A stretch of 64,000 nt of DNA from assembly GCF_009834535.1 (NCBI RefSeq), contig NC_045697.1:48300001-48364000 (forward strand), in the 5' to 3' direction. This document shows, piece by piece, positions 40,870-52,124 of the stretch. Positions within the stretch are counted from its first letter, which is position 1. Each line of letters starts with the position of its first letter. This DNA comes from Camelus ferus (lineage: Eukaryota). Position numbers and translations under genes: made by a program. A model generated the notes under the pieces. The model saw nothing but the letters and a program-made list of their open reading frames with translations. It was not told where the DNA came from and searched no databases.

Positions 40870-42340
40870 CTCAGTTACAACCAAATATGTTAAAATGCAA
40901 AATCAAATCCAAAGGACACTTTTGTCCTCATAACTCAAGTCAAGAAACTGGCCATAATCCATAACTGAAAGTTCACATGCTTGTTTGTGAATGAGTTTTA
41001 GGAAATGCAAAATGCCATTAAAAGGACACTGTATCTGTAGAACCTGGGACTTTTTTCCTGTGACTGGAGACTAAAATATCTCAACACTATGGGCTTGAAG
41101 ACAAACATGCTCTGTAGCAGATAACTATTTGTGGCTTACTGAAACAGCCTCACAGGATAATTAAAAACTTCCTTCCCCTGCCACCACCACCTCAAGAGGT
41201 GCTAGAGCTCTTGCCAAAAGCTTCTCAAAGCTTGTCCTAGGAAGTCCCTCTTGACTCTCAACCCTTACCACAATGGGAGAGTCCTCCAACAGTATGTCAG
41301 GTATCTTACCACTGTAATCCCTCCTGCCTAGACTTGACCACAGCAGAGGTATTCTTCGAAGTGTTTCATTTTTACCCTCAGTTTAACCCACCCAATCTGA
41401 CATTCCCTCTTAGGCAAAAACCCCAGCCTCTAAGACCTTAGTGATGTCTTTCATCTAGACAACGCCTGATGTAGACACTTGTGAATTTACTTCTGACAAA
41501 AGTTAAGAACTAAGTATAGCATGGGAAGTGGAGTGTGAACACCATCTTCAATCCACACTGTGGCACTGGAAGCTTTTCAATAACCCCAAGACCTTCTGAA
41601 TAGACCAGACCCAACAGATAAGTCTGTTATCCCAGGAGGTTAGAGTTAGACCCTTTCCTGGGAAGCCAAGCTCATTGTGTGCCCAAACCAGCTTATCTGG
41701 GGAGAAATGCTTACCTAGAATTTCTCTGATAGAGAACCATGGAAGTTCTGATATACTCCATTGCCCAAGAACCCTACACTCATTTCCATGTGCAGTAGGA
41801 CCTGGCTGAGTTTCAGGTCTGACTGCACCTTTAGAGTAACTGCCTAGGAGAGTGGTATTCCCTCACCAGGAAGGAGAGCCTCACCCTGCTACTCTGCTGG
41901 TGTCACACATCATTGGAAGCAACTGGGAGACTTGAAAACCCTTAGCCCGGCCTCAACTCTTTTGTATCCTGACATGGAGCCATGGATGTAGGACCAGCAG
42001 CAGAGTGTAGCTGTTGCCTCTCTAGGCTATCTTGTCATGGCACTGCAGCAATTCAGATTCCAGGTCAGGATTTGAGGTGCCATTTATCTCACTTTCCCCA
42101 CGTGATTCTGAAACAATTGAAAACTAGATCACAAGTCATAGGTTCAGACTACCTCGGTTACACTGGATCAGAACCAAGCTTGGAAGAAATAGTCCCCCTA
42201 AGCCAGGTTGAGTGAACTTTCCATCCTAAGGTGGAGAAACCCCACTTATAGAGCAGTTTCCCACACAAACTGGAGAGCGCTCTACTCTGAAAAAAGTAAA
42301 GAAAAGGGTTCAGCTAGGTATGCCCCATGAACTGTTCCTC
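40870..42340 (-). pseudogene. Endogenous bornavirus-like L, N-terminal part (segment C)
   Basis: NLA*GDYF (42209-42186) ~ NLASCDYY; SQVLLHM ~ AQLELHI; LLKSF ~ IIKSI; DYGQFLDLSYEDKS (40959-40918) ~ DMDPDFNDIVSDKA. Confidence 0.6.
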
Positions 42341-42344
42341 ATCT

Positions 42345-42775
42345 CATTAACCCAGTTCCTCTTCTTCCCTTGGATAAGACTGAAGGGATAGGGAGGAAAG
42401 TAGCTACAAAAGAACTTCCTAGTATTTTATAAAGAACAGGAATTCTGTATCACAAGGACAGCAGAATCACGCTGTGGGCCAGTTTAAGCAGTTTTCCAAC
42501 TCACTTGCCCAACCCCACTTCCCATTCCAAAGGACCTCTAACTACTTTAGGTGCACATCCCAGTGCATACTGGGGAAGCAAATCTGACATTACCCACCCA
42601 CAGAAGACACAATTTGAACTTAGAGCAGCCAGCCGTGTCTAGCCCTAATCTCCAGAACAAACAAAGCCCCAAGCCTTTTTTTTTTTTTTTTGTAACTCAC
42701 CAATTCCCTAGCAAAGGTTTTAAAGCTATCAACAACTACAGGTAAGAACCCTGTAGATTTGTTATATGGGCCAAG
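42345..42775 (-). pseudogene. Endogenous bornavirus-like G, C-terminal part (segment C)
   Basis: YNKSTGFLPVVVDSFKTF (from 42766) ~ WNESTYYPPVDYNGRKYF; GL..LFWRLGLDTAG ~ GLKRVMWFGRYFLGTVG; SDLLPQY (42587-42567) ~ ADLLPY; W.VGL; VLY..LP..KGRR ~ VLYL..LPASFARRRR. Confidence 0.75.
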
Positions 42776-42784
42776 ACTGATTTC

Positions 42785-45325
42785 CTATTTTTTTTAACTT
42801 TATGTATTTTATAATATCATATTTCTTAAATTGAAGTATAGTTCATATACAATATTATATGTATACAATATAGTGATTCACAATTTCTAAAGGTTATAGT
42901 CCATTTATAGTTAGTATAAAATATTAGCTATATTCCCCATGTTGTACAATACATCCTTGTAGCTTATTTTATACCCGATAGTTTGTACCTCTTAATCCTC
43001 CACCTCCATCTTGCCCCTCCTCCTTCCCTCCCCCCGCTGGTAACCACTACTTCCTTCTCTACATCTGTGAGTCTGTTTCTTTTTTGTTATATTCACTCAT
43101 TTGTTGTAATTGTTTTAGGTTCCACATGTAAGTGATATCTTACAGTATGTCTTTCTGTCTGACTTACTTCACTTAACATAATGCCCTCCAAGTCCATCCA
43201 TGCTGTACACCAAAAACTCGTACATTTTAAATCAAATGTATTTCAATTAAAAAGCAGATAGATAACCCATTTTAAATATGGGCAGAAGAACTGAACAGAC
43301 ATTTTTCCAAAAGAGGAAGTGCAGATGGCCAACAGGAGCATGAAAAGTTGCTCAACATCAAATATCAGGGTAATGCAAATCAAAATCACAATAAGACACC
43401 ATCTCACACCTGTCAGAATGGCCATCATCAAAAAGAACACAAATAACAAATGTTTATCTGTGTTTAGCCTTTGATTTCTCCGTCAAATCTAAAGGAGAGC
43501 TTTGCTGGATAGAGTATTCTTGGTTGTAAATTTTTCCCTTTCACCACTTTAAATATATGGTGCCACTCCCTTCTGGCCTATAGAGTTTCTGCTGAAAAAT
43601 CAGCTGATAACCTTATGGGACTCCCCTTGTATGTTACTTGTTGTTTTTCTCTTGCTGATTTTAATATCTTGTCCTTATCCTTGATTTTTGTCAGTTTGAT
43701 TACTATGTGCCTTGTTGTGTTCCTCTTTGGGTTGATCCTGTGTGGAACTCTCCATGCTTCCTGGACTTGGGTAATTTCCTTTCCCAAGCTGGGGAAGTTT
43801 TCAGTTATCTCTCCAAAATCTCTCAGGTCCTTTCTCTCTTCTCTTTCGGGGATCCTTATAATGTGAATATTAGTGCACTTCATGTTGTCCCAGAGTTCTC
43901 TTAAACTATCCTCGTTTTTCATTCTTTTCCTGTTCTGCAGTAGTGATTTCCACTAATCTGTCTTCTAGCTCATTGATCCACCTTCTGCCTCATTTAGTCT
44001 ATTCTTGGTTCCTTCTAGTGTGTTATTTATTTCAGTAATTTTATTCAACTCTGGGTATTCTTTGTATTTTCCAACTTTCTGCTAAAAACTTCATTCTGTG
44101 CATCTACACTCCTCTTGGTTCTCTAAACATCTTCACCATCATTACTCTAAACTCCTTTTTCTCAGATAAATTGCCTATCTCCTCACTTATTTCTTCTTCT
44201 GGGATTTTATCTTGTGCCTTGGCCTGGGAAATATCCCTCTGCTGTGTCATATTGTCTTTCTATTTGTATTTTTAGGTAGGTTAGTTTTGACCTTGGAGAA
44301 GTGGCCTGCTGTGGGAGGTGACCTATGTGTCCTAGCAGTACACTCATCTCTTGTCACCTAGGGGCCAGTGGCCTGCTGGTCCCAGTGTAGAGTCTGGTCT
44401 GTGTTTGTGGATTTCTTCCACAGGCTTTGGGATTGTTGTTTTCTTATTTCTGGTATCTGCCCACTGGTGAATGAGGCTGGACTAGAGGCTTATGCAAGTT
44501 TCCTAGAAGGAGGAGCCAGTGCCTGCCCACTGCTGAGTGAATCTTTGTCCTGGATCTCTCGTGGGTAGGGCCATGTCTAAAGGCATTTATGGCTCAGGAA
44601 GTCAGCAGGTGGGTGTGGCTGTGTTCCCACTCAGTATGTTGTTTGGCCTGAGGCTTCCCTACAGGCTGTTGGGCAGGGCTGGGTCTTGGTGCTGATGATC
44701 CAATCAAGATGTCAGCCTCTAGGAAAGCTCATGTAGATGAACACTCCTGGAATGTCCACCAACAGCTTTTATGTCCCCTGGGTGAGCCACAGCTGTCCCC
44801 TATGTCCCCAAGAGAACTTCCAAAACCAGCAGGCAGGTCTGGCCCAGATTCCTATGAGGTCTGCCGTTGGACCTGGCACACGCAAGATTCTGTGTATCCT
44901 TCCTAAGAGAATAAAGTCTGTTTCCCCTAGTCCTGTAGGGATCCTAGAGTTAAGCTGCACTGGCCTTCAAAACCAGATGTCCTGGCATCTCCTCCTCTCA
45001 ATGCCAGAACCCTGGGCTGAGGAGCCTGACGTGGGGCTCAGAACTCTCTCCTGTGGGAGGCCCTCTGTGACTTAGTTAGTCTTCAGCTTGTGGGTCGCCC
45101 ACCCAGGGGGTAAGGGGTCTGATTATATCGTGAGCAAGCCCATCCTACCATCCTGCTGTGGTTCCCCCTTTATGTTTCCAGTTGAAGGATCTTTTTTGCT
45201 AGGTTCCAGTCCTTTTTTTTCTGATGGTTGTTTAGCAGTCAGTTGTGGTTTTGCTGTAGTCACAAGGAGAGGCGAGCCCATGGTCCTACTAATCTGCCAT
45301 CTTGACCACAAATCCTCTCCTTTCT
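42785..45325 (-). mobile_element. Rearranged L1 (5'UTR+ORF1 at 43455-45325, inverted ORF2 piece at ~43250-43452, 3'UTR at 42785-43205)
   Basis: ORF1 peptide KNEDSLRELWDNMKCTNIHIIRIPE...PIRLSADFSAETL; possible TSD tttc(c)tatttt. Confidence 0.9.
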
Positions 45326-45329
45326 ATTT

Positions 45330-45715
45330 TTGATAGATTAATTGTAAACTTGGTAACTTACTGGTTTTCTCCTTGAATCTGTCATTTATTCAAGGAAACA
45401 GCTGACTCTTTACAAAATATAGCAAGGAAACAAGACTTAAGTCTTCAGAGTGCTTAAATGCTAGAAATTCTTCTATATGATATACCCCCCAACTCTATTT
45501 CCTTTCCCTTAGTATAAACCTTGATAATGTCAATGGGAATTTTGTACCTATAGTACAATTTGGTCATCTCATGGCTTCTAGGGATATGACAAGACTATTC
45601 AGTCAGCACTGCAGGAATGCATGGCCAAGTAGGTGTGCAGTAGGCTTCTCCCTGCCATCCACTGCACAGTCAATTCTATGTGGCCTCTGGACCACCTAAA
45701 CCAGTGATCATGGCC
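45330..45715 (-). pseudogene. Endogenous bornavirus-like G, central part (segment C)
   Basis: HWF ~ NWF; TWP..CSAD ~ TFPPFMYCSFAD; LKSCFLAIF ~ LQSLLLGVF. Joins 42775 once the L1 is removed. Confidence 0.5.
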
Positions 45716-45732
45716 TCAGTCCTCTCCAGCTC

Positions 45733-46047
45733 CTATATATCCAATGTTTCACTGTTCCCCTTCCCAGTTAGAGTAGGACTCCCAGCCTTTCTTTCTCCAT
45801 AAAAGCAAAGGAAGAATTTATTCAGGGAGTCCTCAAATCCTTGCCCTTTGGAAGCCAGCCAGAGTGAGACAGACCCTTTGAGGACAACTGTAATTCCATG
45901 TCCTTCTCTAGCCCCAGACTTGATTACAAGACAACCCTTTACCAGAAGGACCAAGGGAACTCTTGTCAGCTTAGTCTCAGGTTCCCAATTCTGATATTGG
46001 ACTGTGTGCAGGACTTTCCTCCCCAACTTCAACATTTCAATTGTCAT
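45733..46047 (-). pseudogene. Bornavirus-like M (alternatively N C-terminus), 104-codon open frame
   Basis: MTIEM ~ LMLEI; PETKLT ~ PREKKLT; GHGI ~ GHSL; LWLAS...FEDSLNKFF ~ LTLNS..YKDPIRKYM. FYGERK..PTLTG also resembles N FYWSKKENPTMAG. Confidence 0.45.
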
Positions 46048-46059
46048 TTGAAGTCAGGT

Positions 46060-47255
46060 TTCAAGAAAACTCAGAAGTCCAGTCACAGCAGTTCCTGTAC
46101 AGACAGGCGTGGGGAAGGTCCCAGGGCCATGTCTGGGTATGCCTTCATTACAACTCGTAACTACTATTTGATCAAAGACCTCTGAGCAAGGTAGGATTAC
46201 TAAGACATGACTCATCAAAAGGGTACATTACAATGTCAAGACTTTGTGGTGGGGGTGGGGGAATGGAAAAGGAGTTTATTAGGGGCACACTGCCATAGAC
46301 AATGGCAAGCCAGACAGATGAGAGGAGGCTACATGAGCACCAAGGGCCAGTTGGAGTCTTTTTATAAGGTAGAGTCACAAGGTGCCTGATCAGCTTGTGC
46401 ACAAGTCTGATTGGCTGTGGTTGAGGTAAGAGGTTTAGGGTCTGAAGGGCTGTGAGGCTTATGACTGATAAGATGGCCTAAAATGAGCCAGCCTGAGCTA
46501 TTGGGAGATTAGGCATTACCTAGGGCTTTTAGCTTGTTAGGGCAAACATTCCCAGTAAAGAATGTACTTTATCTGTTGAGGGATTGCAGGCAGATATCTG
46601 AGAGCCCAGGAGTGAGGTCTCTGGACCTTGAAGGATATCAGTTGGCCCAACATTCCCCACTGACAGATTGGCAGTGACAAATCTTTCAAACAGGGGCAAA
46701 GGTCTCATCTTCGGTATCTACTTCCTGCTGAACTGTGGGCATCAACCGTCCCTGCCTCTCCTGCCAATCTGTACAGGATTATGGGGCCCCGACATCCCTG
46801 CAGCCTTAAAGGTGGAAGCGGAAGGAGACCCCAGTGGCACCAAGGGCTGCATCACCAGGTTGTTGGCTTGGTTCATGGTGGCAATCTTGGTAGGAAGGGT
46901 GTATTTGTTCCAAAGTTCAAGGATCTTGGACCCACCAGCGACTTCTACGGCACAGTGATTGAAGGCAGAAGGCATGGCCAATCTGGAGGTGTGATCTGCA
47001 AAAAGTGGAGAGAAGGTGTAGAGGTACACCACGTGGTAGGACATGAGAACCAAGGAGTGTCTCAAGGGCCAGAGTCAGAGGAAGGGAGAGATGGAGGGAA
47101 GGGTATTTAGAAAAGACAGCTTTTCCATGTGCATTCACCACTAAGGGCCAGGAGTCATTTCCGTCTGTCAGACCGAGTTTCAGAGCCTGCTGAGAGTAGC
47201 CCAGCCTGGGTTCCTCAGTCCTCAGGAAGACTTCGGGGAATTCCCGAATGCTAGG
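46060..47255 (-). pseudogene. Endogenous bornavirus-like N (segment C), interrupted by an LTR
   Basis: PSIREFPEVFL ~ PASLPKLPGKFL; PSL..GVP..LST; SAFNHC..GGSKI ~ SIFSHC..GSSSKI; PH..DWQERQGRLMPTVQQEVDTEDET ~ PH..[23 protein letters not shown] (ungapped); after the LTR: TL..YEL and YPDMALGPSPRL. Confidence 0.75.
46234..46665 (-). mobile_element. Solo LTR inserted in the N-like segment
   Basis: TGTCA...TGACA ends; minus-strand CCAAT (~46410), TATAAAA (~46360) and AATAAA (~46275) in LTR order. Confidence 0.6.
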
Positions 47256-47359
47256 GAAGAGCAGAAAAGTATGACAGCAAAGGAAAGCAGAAAAGAGAAG
47301 GCTGCCCTAGCGATTCTCAGACCACTTATCTGTTTCTATTTAACTTCTTTCCCTAATTT

Positions 47360-49428
47360 TTTTTTTAATTGAGTCATAGTCATTTACAAAGTTGTGTTAG
47401 TTTCTAGTACAGCATAGTGATTCAGTTATATACATATATAAATATTCCTTTTCATATTCTTTTTCATTATAGGCTATTACAAGATATTGAATATGGTTCC
47501 CTGTGCTATATGTAGTAGGATCTAGTTGCTTATTTTGGATATAGCAATTTGAATCTGCTAATCCCAAACTCCTAATTTATCCCTGCCCCTATTCCTTTCC
47601 CCTTTGGTAACCATAAATTTTCTATGTCTGTGAGTCTTTTGTAAATAAGTTCATTTGTGTCATGTTTTAGATTCCACATAAGTGAACCATATGGTATTTT
47701 TCTCTCATTCTGGCTTAGTGTAACAATCTCCAGGTCCATCCATGTTGCTGCAAATGGCATCATTTCATTCTTTTTTATGGCTGAGAAATATTCCATTGCA
47801 TATATATATGTATACACACACACACACACCACTTTTATCCAGTTATCTGTTGATAGACATTTAGGTTGCTTCCATGTCTTGGCTATTATATGTAGTGCTA
47901 CTATGAACATTGGGGTGCATGTATCTTTTTGAATTAAGTTTCCTCTGACTATATGCCCAGGAGTGGGATTGCTGGATCATATGGTAAATCTATTTTTAGC
48001 TTATGGAATCTCTATACTGTTTTCCATAGTGGCTGCACCAAACTACATTCCCACCAACACGTAGGAGGGTTCCCTTTTCTCCACAACCTCTCCAGCATTT
48101 ATAGCTTGTGGACTTTTTAATAATGGCCATTCTGACTGGTGTGAGGTAATACCTCATTGTAGTTTTGATCTTCATTTCTCCCATAACTAGCAATATTGAG
48201 CATTTTTTCATGTGCTTATTGGCCATTTGTATGTCTTCATTGGAGAATTGCTTGTTTAGGTCTTCTGCCCGTTTTTGGATTGGGTTGTTTGTTTTTATTA
48301 TTAAGTTGCATGAGCTGTTTATATATTCCCTTAACAGTCCCAACATTTGCATGTATCTTCTCCCAGGCTGGAGGTTGTCTTTGTTTTGTTTATAGTTTCC
48401 TTTGCTCTTCAAAAGCTTGTAAGTTTAATCAGGTCCCATTTAATTTTTGCTTCTATTTCTGTTGCCTAGGTAGGCTGCCTAAGAGAACATTGCTGGATTT
48501 GTCAGATAATGTTTTGCCTATGTTTTCTTCTAGGGGATTTATAGTGTCTTGTCTTATGTTTAAGTATTTAAGCCATTTTGAGTTTATTTTTGTGTATGGT
48601 GTAAGGGAGTGTTTTAAATTTGTTAATTTATATGTGGCTGTCCAGTTTTCAACACCACTTGCCAAAAAGACTTGTTTTTCCTCCATTGTATATTCTTGCC
48701 TTTCAAATATTGACCATAGGTGTGTGGGTTTACTTCTGGGCTCTATTCTGTTCCATTGATCCATGTCTGTTTTTATGCCAATACCATGCCATTTTGATTA
48801 CTATAGCTCTGTAGTATTGTCTGAAGTCTGAGGGTTATTCCTCCAGCTTTGTTCTTTTTCCTCAGTATTGGTTTGGCAATTCTTGGTCTCTCATGATTCC
48901 ATGTACGTTTTAGGATTATTTGTTCTAGTTCTGTGAAAAAGTGTCCTGGGTAATGTGATAGGGATTGTATTAAATCTGTAGATTGCTTTGGGTAGTATGG
49001 CCATCTTTCCATTTCTTTAAATCTCCATCTTTGATTTCCTTAATGTTTTATGGTTCTCCACATATGTCTCTCACTTCCTTGGTCAGGTTTATGCCTATAG
49101 TGGGTTTTTTTTGTTTTTTGTGGTTTTTTGTTTTTTTTTTTTGATGTAATTTTAAAAGGGTTTTTTTTTTTTGTTTGGTTTTTTTTTTTTTTTAACTTTC
49201 ATTTTCTGGTATTTCATTGTTAGTGTAAAGAATTGCAACAGATTTCTGTATGTTAATTTTGTATCCTGCCACCTCACTGAGTTCATTTATCAGCTCTAGT
49301 AGGTTGTGTGGGGTCTTTAGGGTTTTCTACATATAGTATCATGTCATCTGCATGTAGTGACAATTTTACCACTTCTCTTCTAATGTGGATCCCTTTTATT
49401 TCTTTTTCTTATCTGATTTCAATGGCTA
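47360..49428 (-). mobile_element. 5'-truncated L1 (ORF2 C-term + 3'UTR)
   Basis: ORF2 peptides ([32 protein letters not shown]); TSD ctttccct(a/g)attt at 47347-47359 and 49429-49441. Confidence 0.95.
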
Positions 49429-49917
49429 CTTTCCCTGATTTTCAATCCCATCAAGAGAAATTAAGATCAGTGCAATATGAGTAGTTGAGAATATATTTAA
49501 TCCCACCTTTATTCTTCTTTTTGTAGACAACTGAAATGAACCTCAGAAGTAGCCACCTACCCAGATCATAACTGATTCATGGTAGAGTTCAGTGGCAGAA
49601 CAAACTACATACACCAGGGTTGGTCAGGACACAATGAAGCCATGCCTCAGGAACAGCCACTGTTCCTGAGTAGATTGCATAGGCCACTGGCACAATCCTG
49701 GAAGACTTGGGAATCTAAGCAGGCATTTAGTTCTTGGGACTGCTGTTTAACATGGGAGCTTAGAAATTGGGAAGAACAAAGGATCAGTCACTGAAATTTG
49801 GTAGCATCAGCATAGGACCAAAAACAGATCTGACTTAATGCAAGTGACTATTGCTGGCCTATTACACCATAAGAACTAGCCCTAACTCAGGATCTAGAGC
49901 CAATTCTAAGATTTACC

Positions 49918-50867
49918 TGTGAAGATGGGACGCTCTGGACAAAGCCAAGCAGGTCACCTTTCCTGCCGACCCCACCCCTACCTATACACTATCAATTATT
50001 CATGTTTAAGAATGACTGACCTCCGAATTTCCTCAGGAGGCAGAATGTAACTTGAAAAGTATTTTCTAGCATAAGTTCTCTCCTTCAGGGACATTTTCTC
50101 CAAGCAGGCCAGTACCCTTGAGCAGAGCTTCTTACCTAATGAGTCACAGGATAGTGGGTTATGTTGATAGATGTATGATACGGATCTCATTCCTCAGGAG
50201 GGCTGGGGCTTTCAGCCACAAGCACCGTCATCTAGCTTCCCAGTACCCTCCAGTATGTGTTATACAAGTGAAACTTGTTATTAAATCCATTCCATCTGTA
50301 ACCTGCCTTCACTGATCAAGTTTGTTTTAACTATTGCTAAAAAGACTTACATGTCCTCCAAGTGGCATGTAGCCTAAATAAGATGTTTGTCCCAATTTTT
50401 TCCCCAGCAACTTAGAGTCAGCTGTGTCCAGTTCAAGCTGAGCCAGCTAAGACTGGATGGGACCACTGACACTCCAACTGGGCATGCACAGGTGTCCGTC
50501 CACTTAGTGATTTTTTGATGTCAGAGGGCCGAAAACTACCCTCAGATCATGATAAGCACCTCTTTTTTTTTTTTTTTTTTTAACATGCAGAAAGCCTGTA
50601 GTTTAGTTACTCCTGCTCAGAATTATCGTTACTGTACCTTTCCCCACATTCCTCATGCTCTCCCCAGGCCTCAGACCTTCCTGCTTCTTTATTCTTTATC
50701 CCATAAATATGCTAATCCCCTTGCCTTCAGGGAGGGGATCTGAGATTTGCTCTCTTATCTCCAACTCAGCTGCCTTGGTACCAAAGCCTCTTTTGCTGCA
50801 AATCCAGGCATCTCAGCATTTTTGGCTTGCTGCATGCACGTCTGGCAGGATAAACCTGGTTCAGTAA
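49918..50867 (+). mobile_element. ERV1-type solo LTR
   Basis: Starts TGT; LTR-like text; 4-bp TSD tacc at 49914-49917 and 50868-50871. Confidence 0.75.
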
Positions 50868-51114
50868 TACCAGTATTTTGCATTTGGGCCATAATGGGAA
50901 ATTATTTGAAAGTGTTGTGCTAGAATACTCTGCTCCACAGTTGTGTGAACAGCGTGCTTTAAACATCTCCTGTGCAGGCTCTGGACTTTAGCCATTGTTT
51001 CTGACCTCCATCCCCTTTGCTATCAGAAGAACCTCATCTTAGACACCTAGAGCTGCAAAATAAAAGTCTTGTCTCAGGCCAAAAATAACTGTACCAGCTT
51101 CTGAAGTCAACTGT

Positions 51115-51290
51115 TTTGTCCTCTTATGCAAAATATCGTCTATATTTAATCCCAACAACCCTAGTATTTATTTCTAACCAGACAACTGGGGCTTGATGAA
51201 GGTAACTGATTTGCCAAGGAGTTACACAGAAGATAGAAGATCTGGAACTCCAGGTCAGGCCAGGGTGCCAAGTCTGTTCTAATCAATCGA
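51115..51290 (-). mobile_element. MIR SINE remnant
   Basis: 'tttaatcccaacaaccctag...aactggggct...gatttgccaagg.gttacacag' resembles the MIR core. Confidence 0.6.
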
Positions 51291-52124
51291 TTACATCACC
51301 TCCCTGCAAAGCTCAGACTATTCCTATGGAAAAACAACACCTCAAGAATTACTATGTAGGAAGGTTTTAGGGACTGATAGCCAGGTTTGCAGGGAAATGC
51401 ACTTATGACTTGAAACCAAGTTTACAGAAAGCCATCTTAAGTAAGGACCAGTTACCAAACAAGTGAGGTATCACGGGAGAAAGAGGCTAAGACTCAAGCC
51501 ACCTCTTGGCATAGTCACTTAGAGGAACAGAGACATGGCATCCCAAGTGTAGCTATTTCTAGGATTTAGCTGCTTCTGAAACGTTTCCATAGCAAAATCT
51601 TGGCAACTTCAGGTCTCTGATTTTAAAGTCCACCTCAAATTTAAGTCCTTCCTCAGCTACATGAGACTCCTAAAGCTATAGCTCCAATAGTCATCATTTA
51701 TTCATAACCTACCTTCTTCCAATGGTGTTTTGAGAAAACCTAGTTGACAAAATGATCTCAGTCTGTGAACAGATAAGGGGTTGTCTACACTCTCCCTGGT
51801 CTCCAAACCATACTAACAATCTCTGAAAGCTCCCAGGTAACAAAATGGTTATGCAGTTACAGGTAAGAGGAGCAAAAACAAAAGTTAACTTTAGTCTTTC
51901 AAGAGTCTATTACATGTTACATAATTTGATCAGTGAAGTAGGGGTTCTTGATGTTGCCCATCTGCAAAATCGCCAGATACCTTTTGAATGAGGACATACT
52001 GAATTTAGCTGTTTATCAAGAGATCCACACAGGAAAATTCAGAGCTGGGTTCTATCTTGAAGATAACCATCGCTTTACAGGATAAGCTTTTAAATGGTTA
52101 GTGGTGAAGGATTGAAAGTGAGTT

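Noticed and set aside
41940..42600. Alternative reading as a second N fragment (CCWSYIHGSMSGYK ~ FYWSKKENPTMAGYR)
   Set aside because: G C-terminus followed by L N-terminus gives more and better-ordered matches. This shows that single short by-eye matches can mislead.
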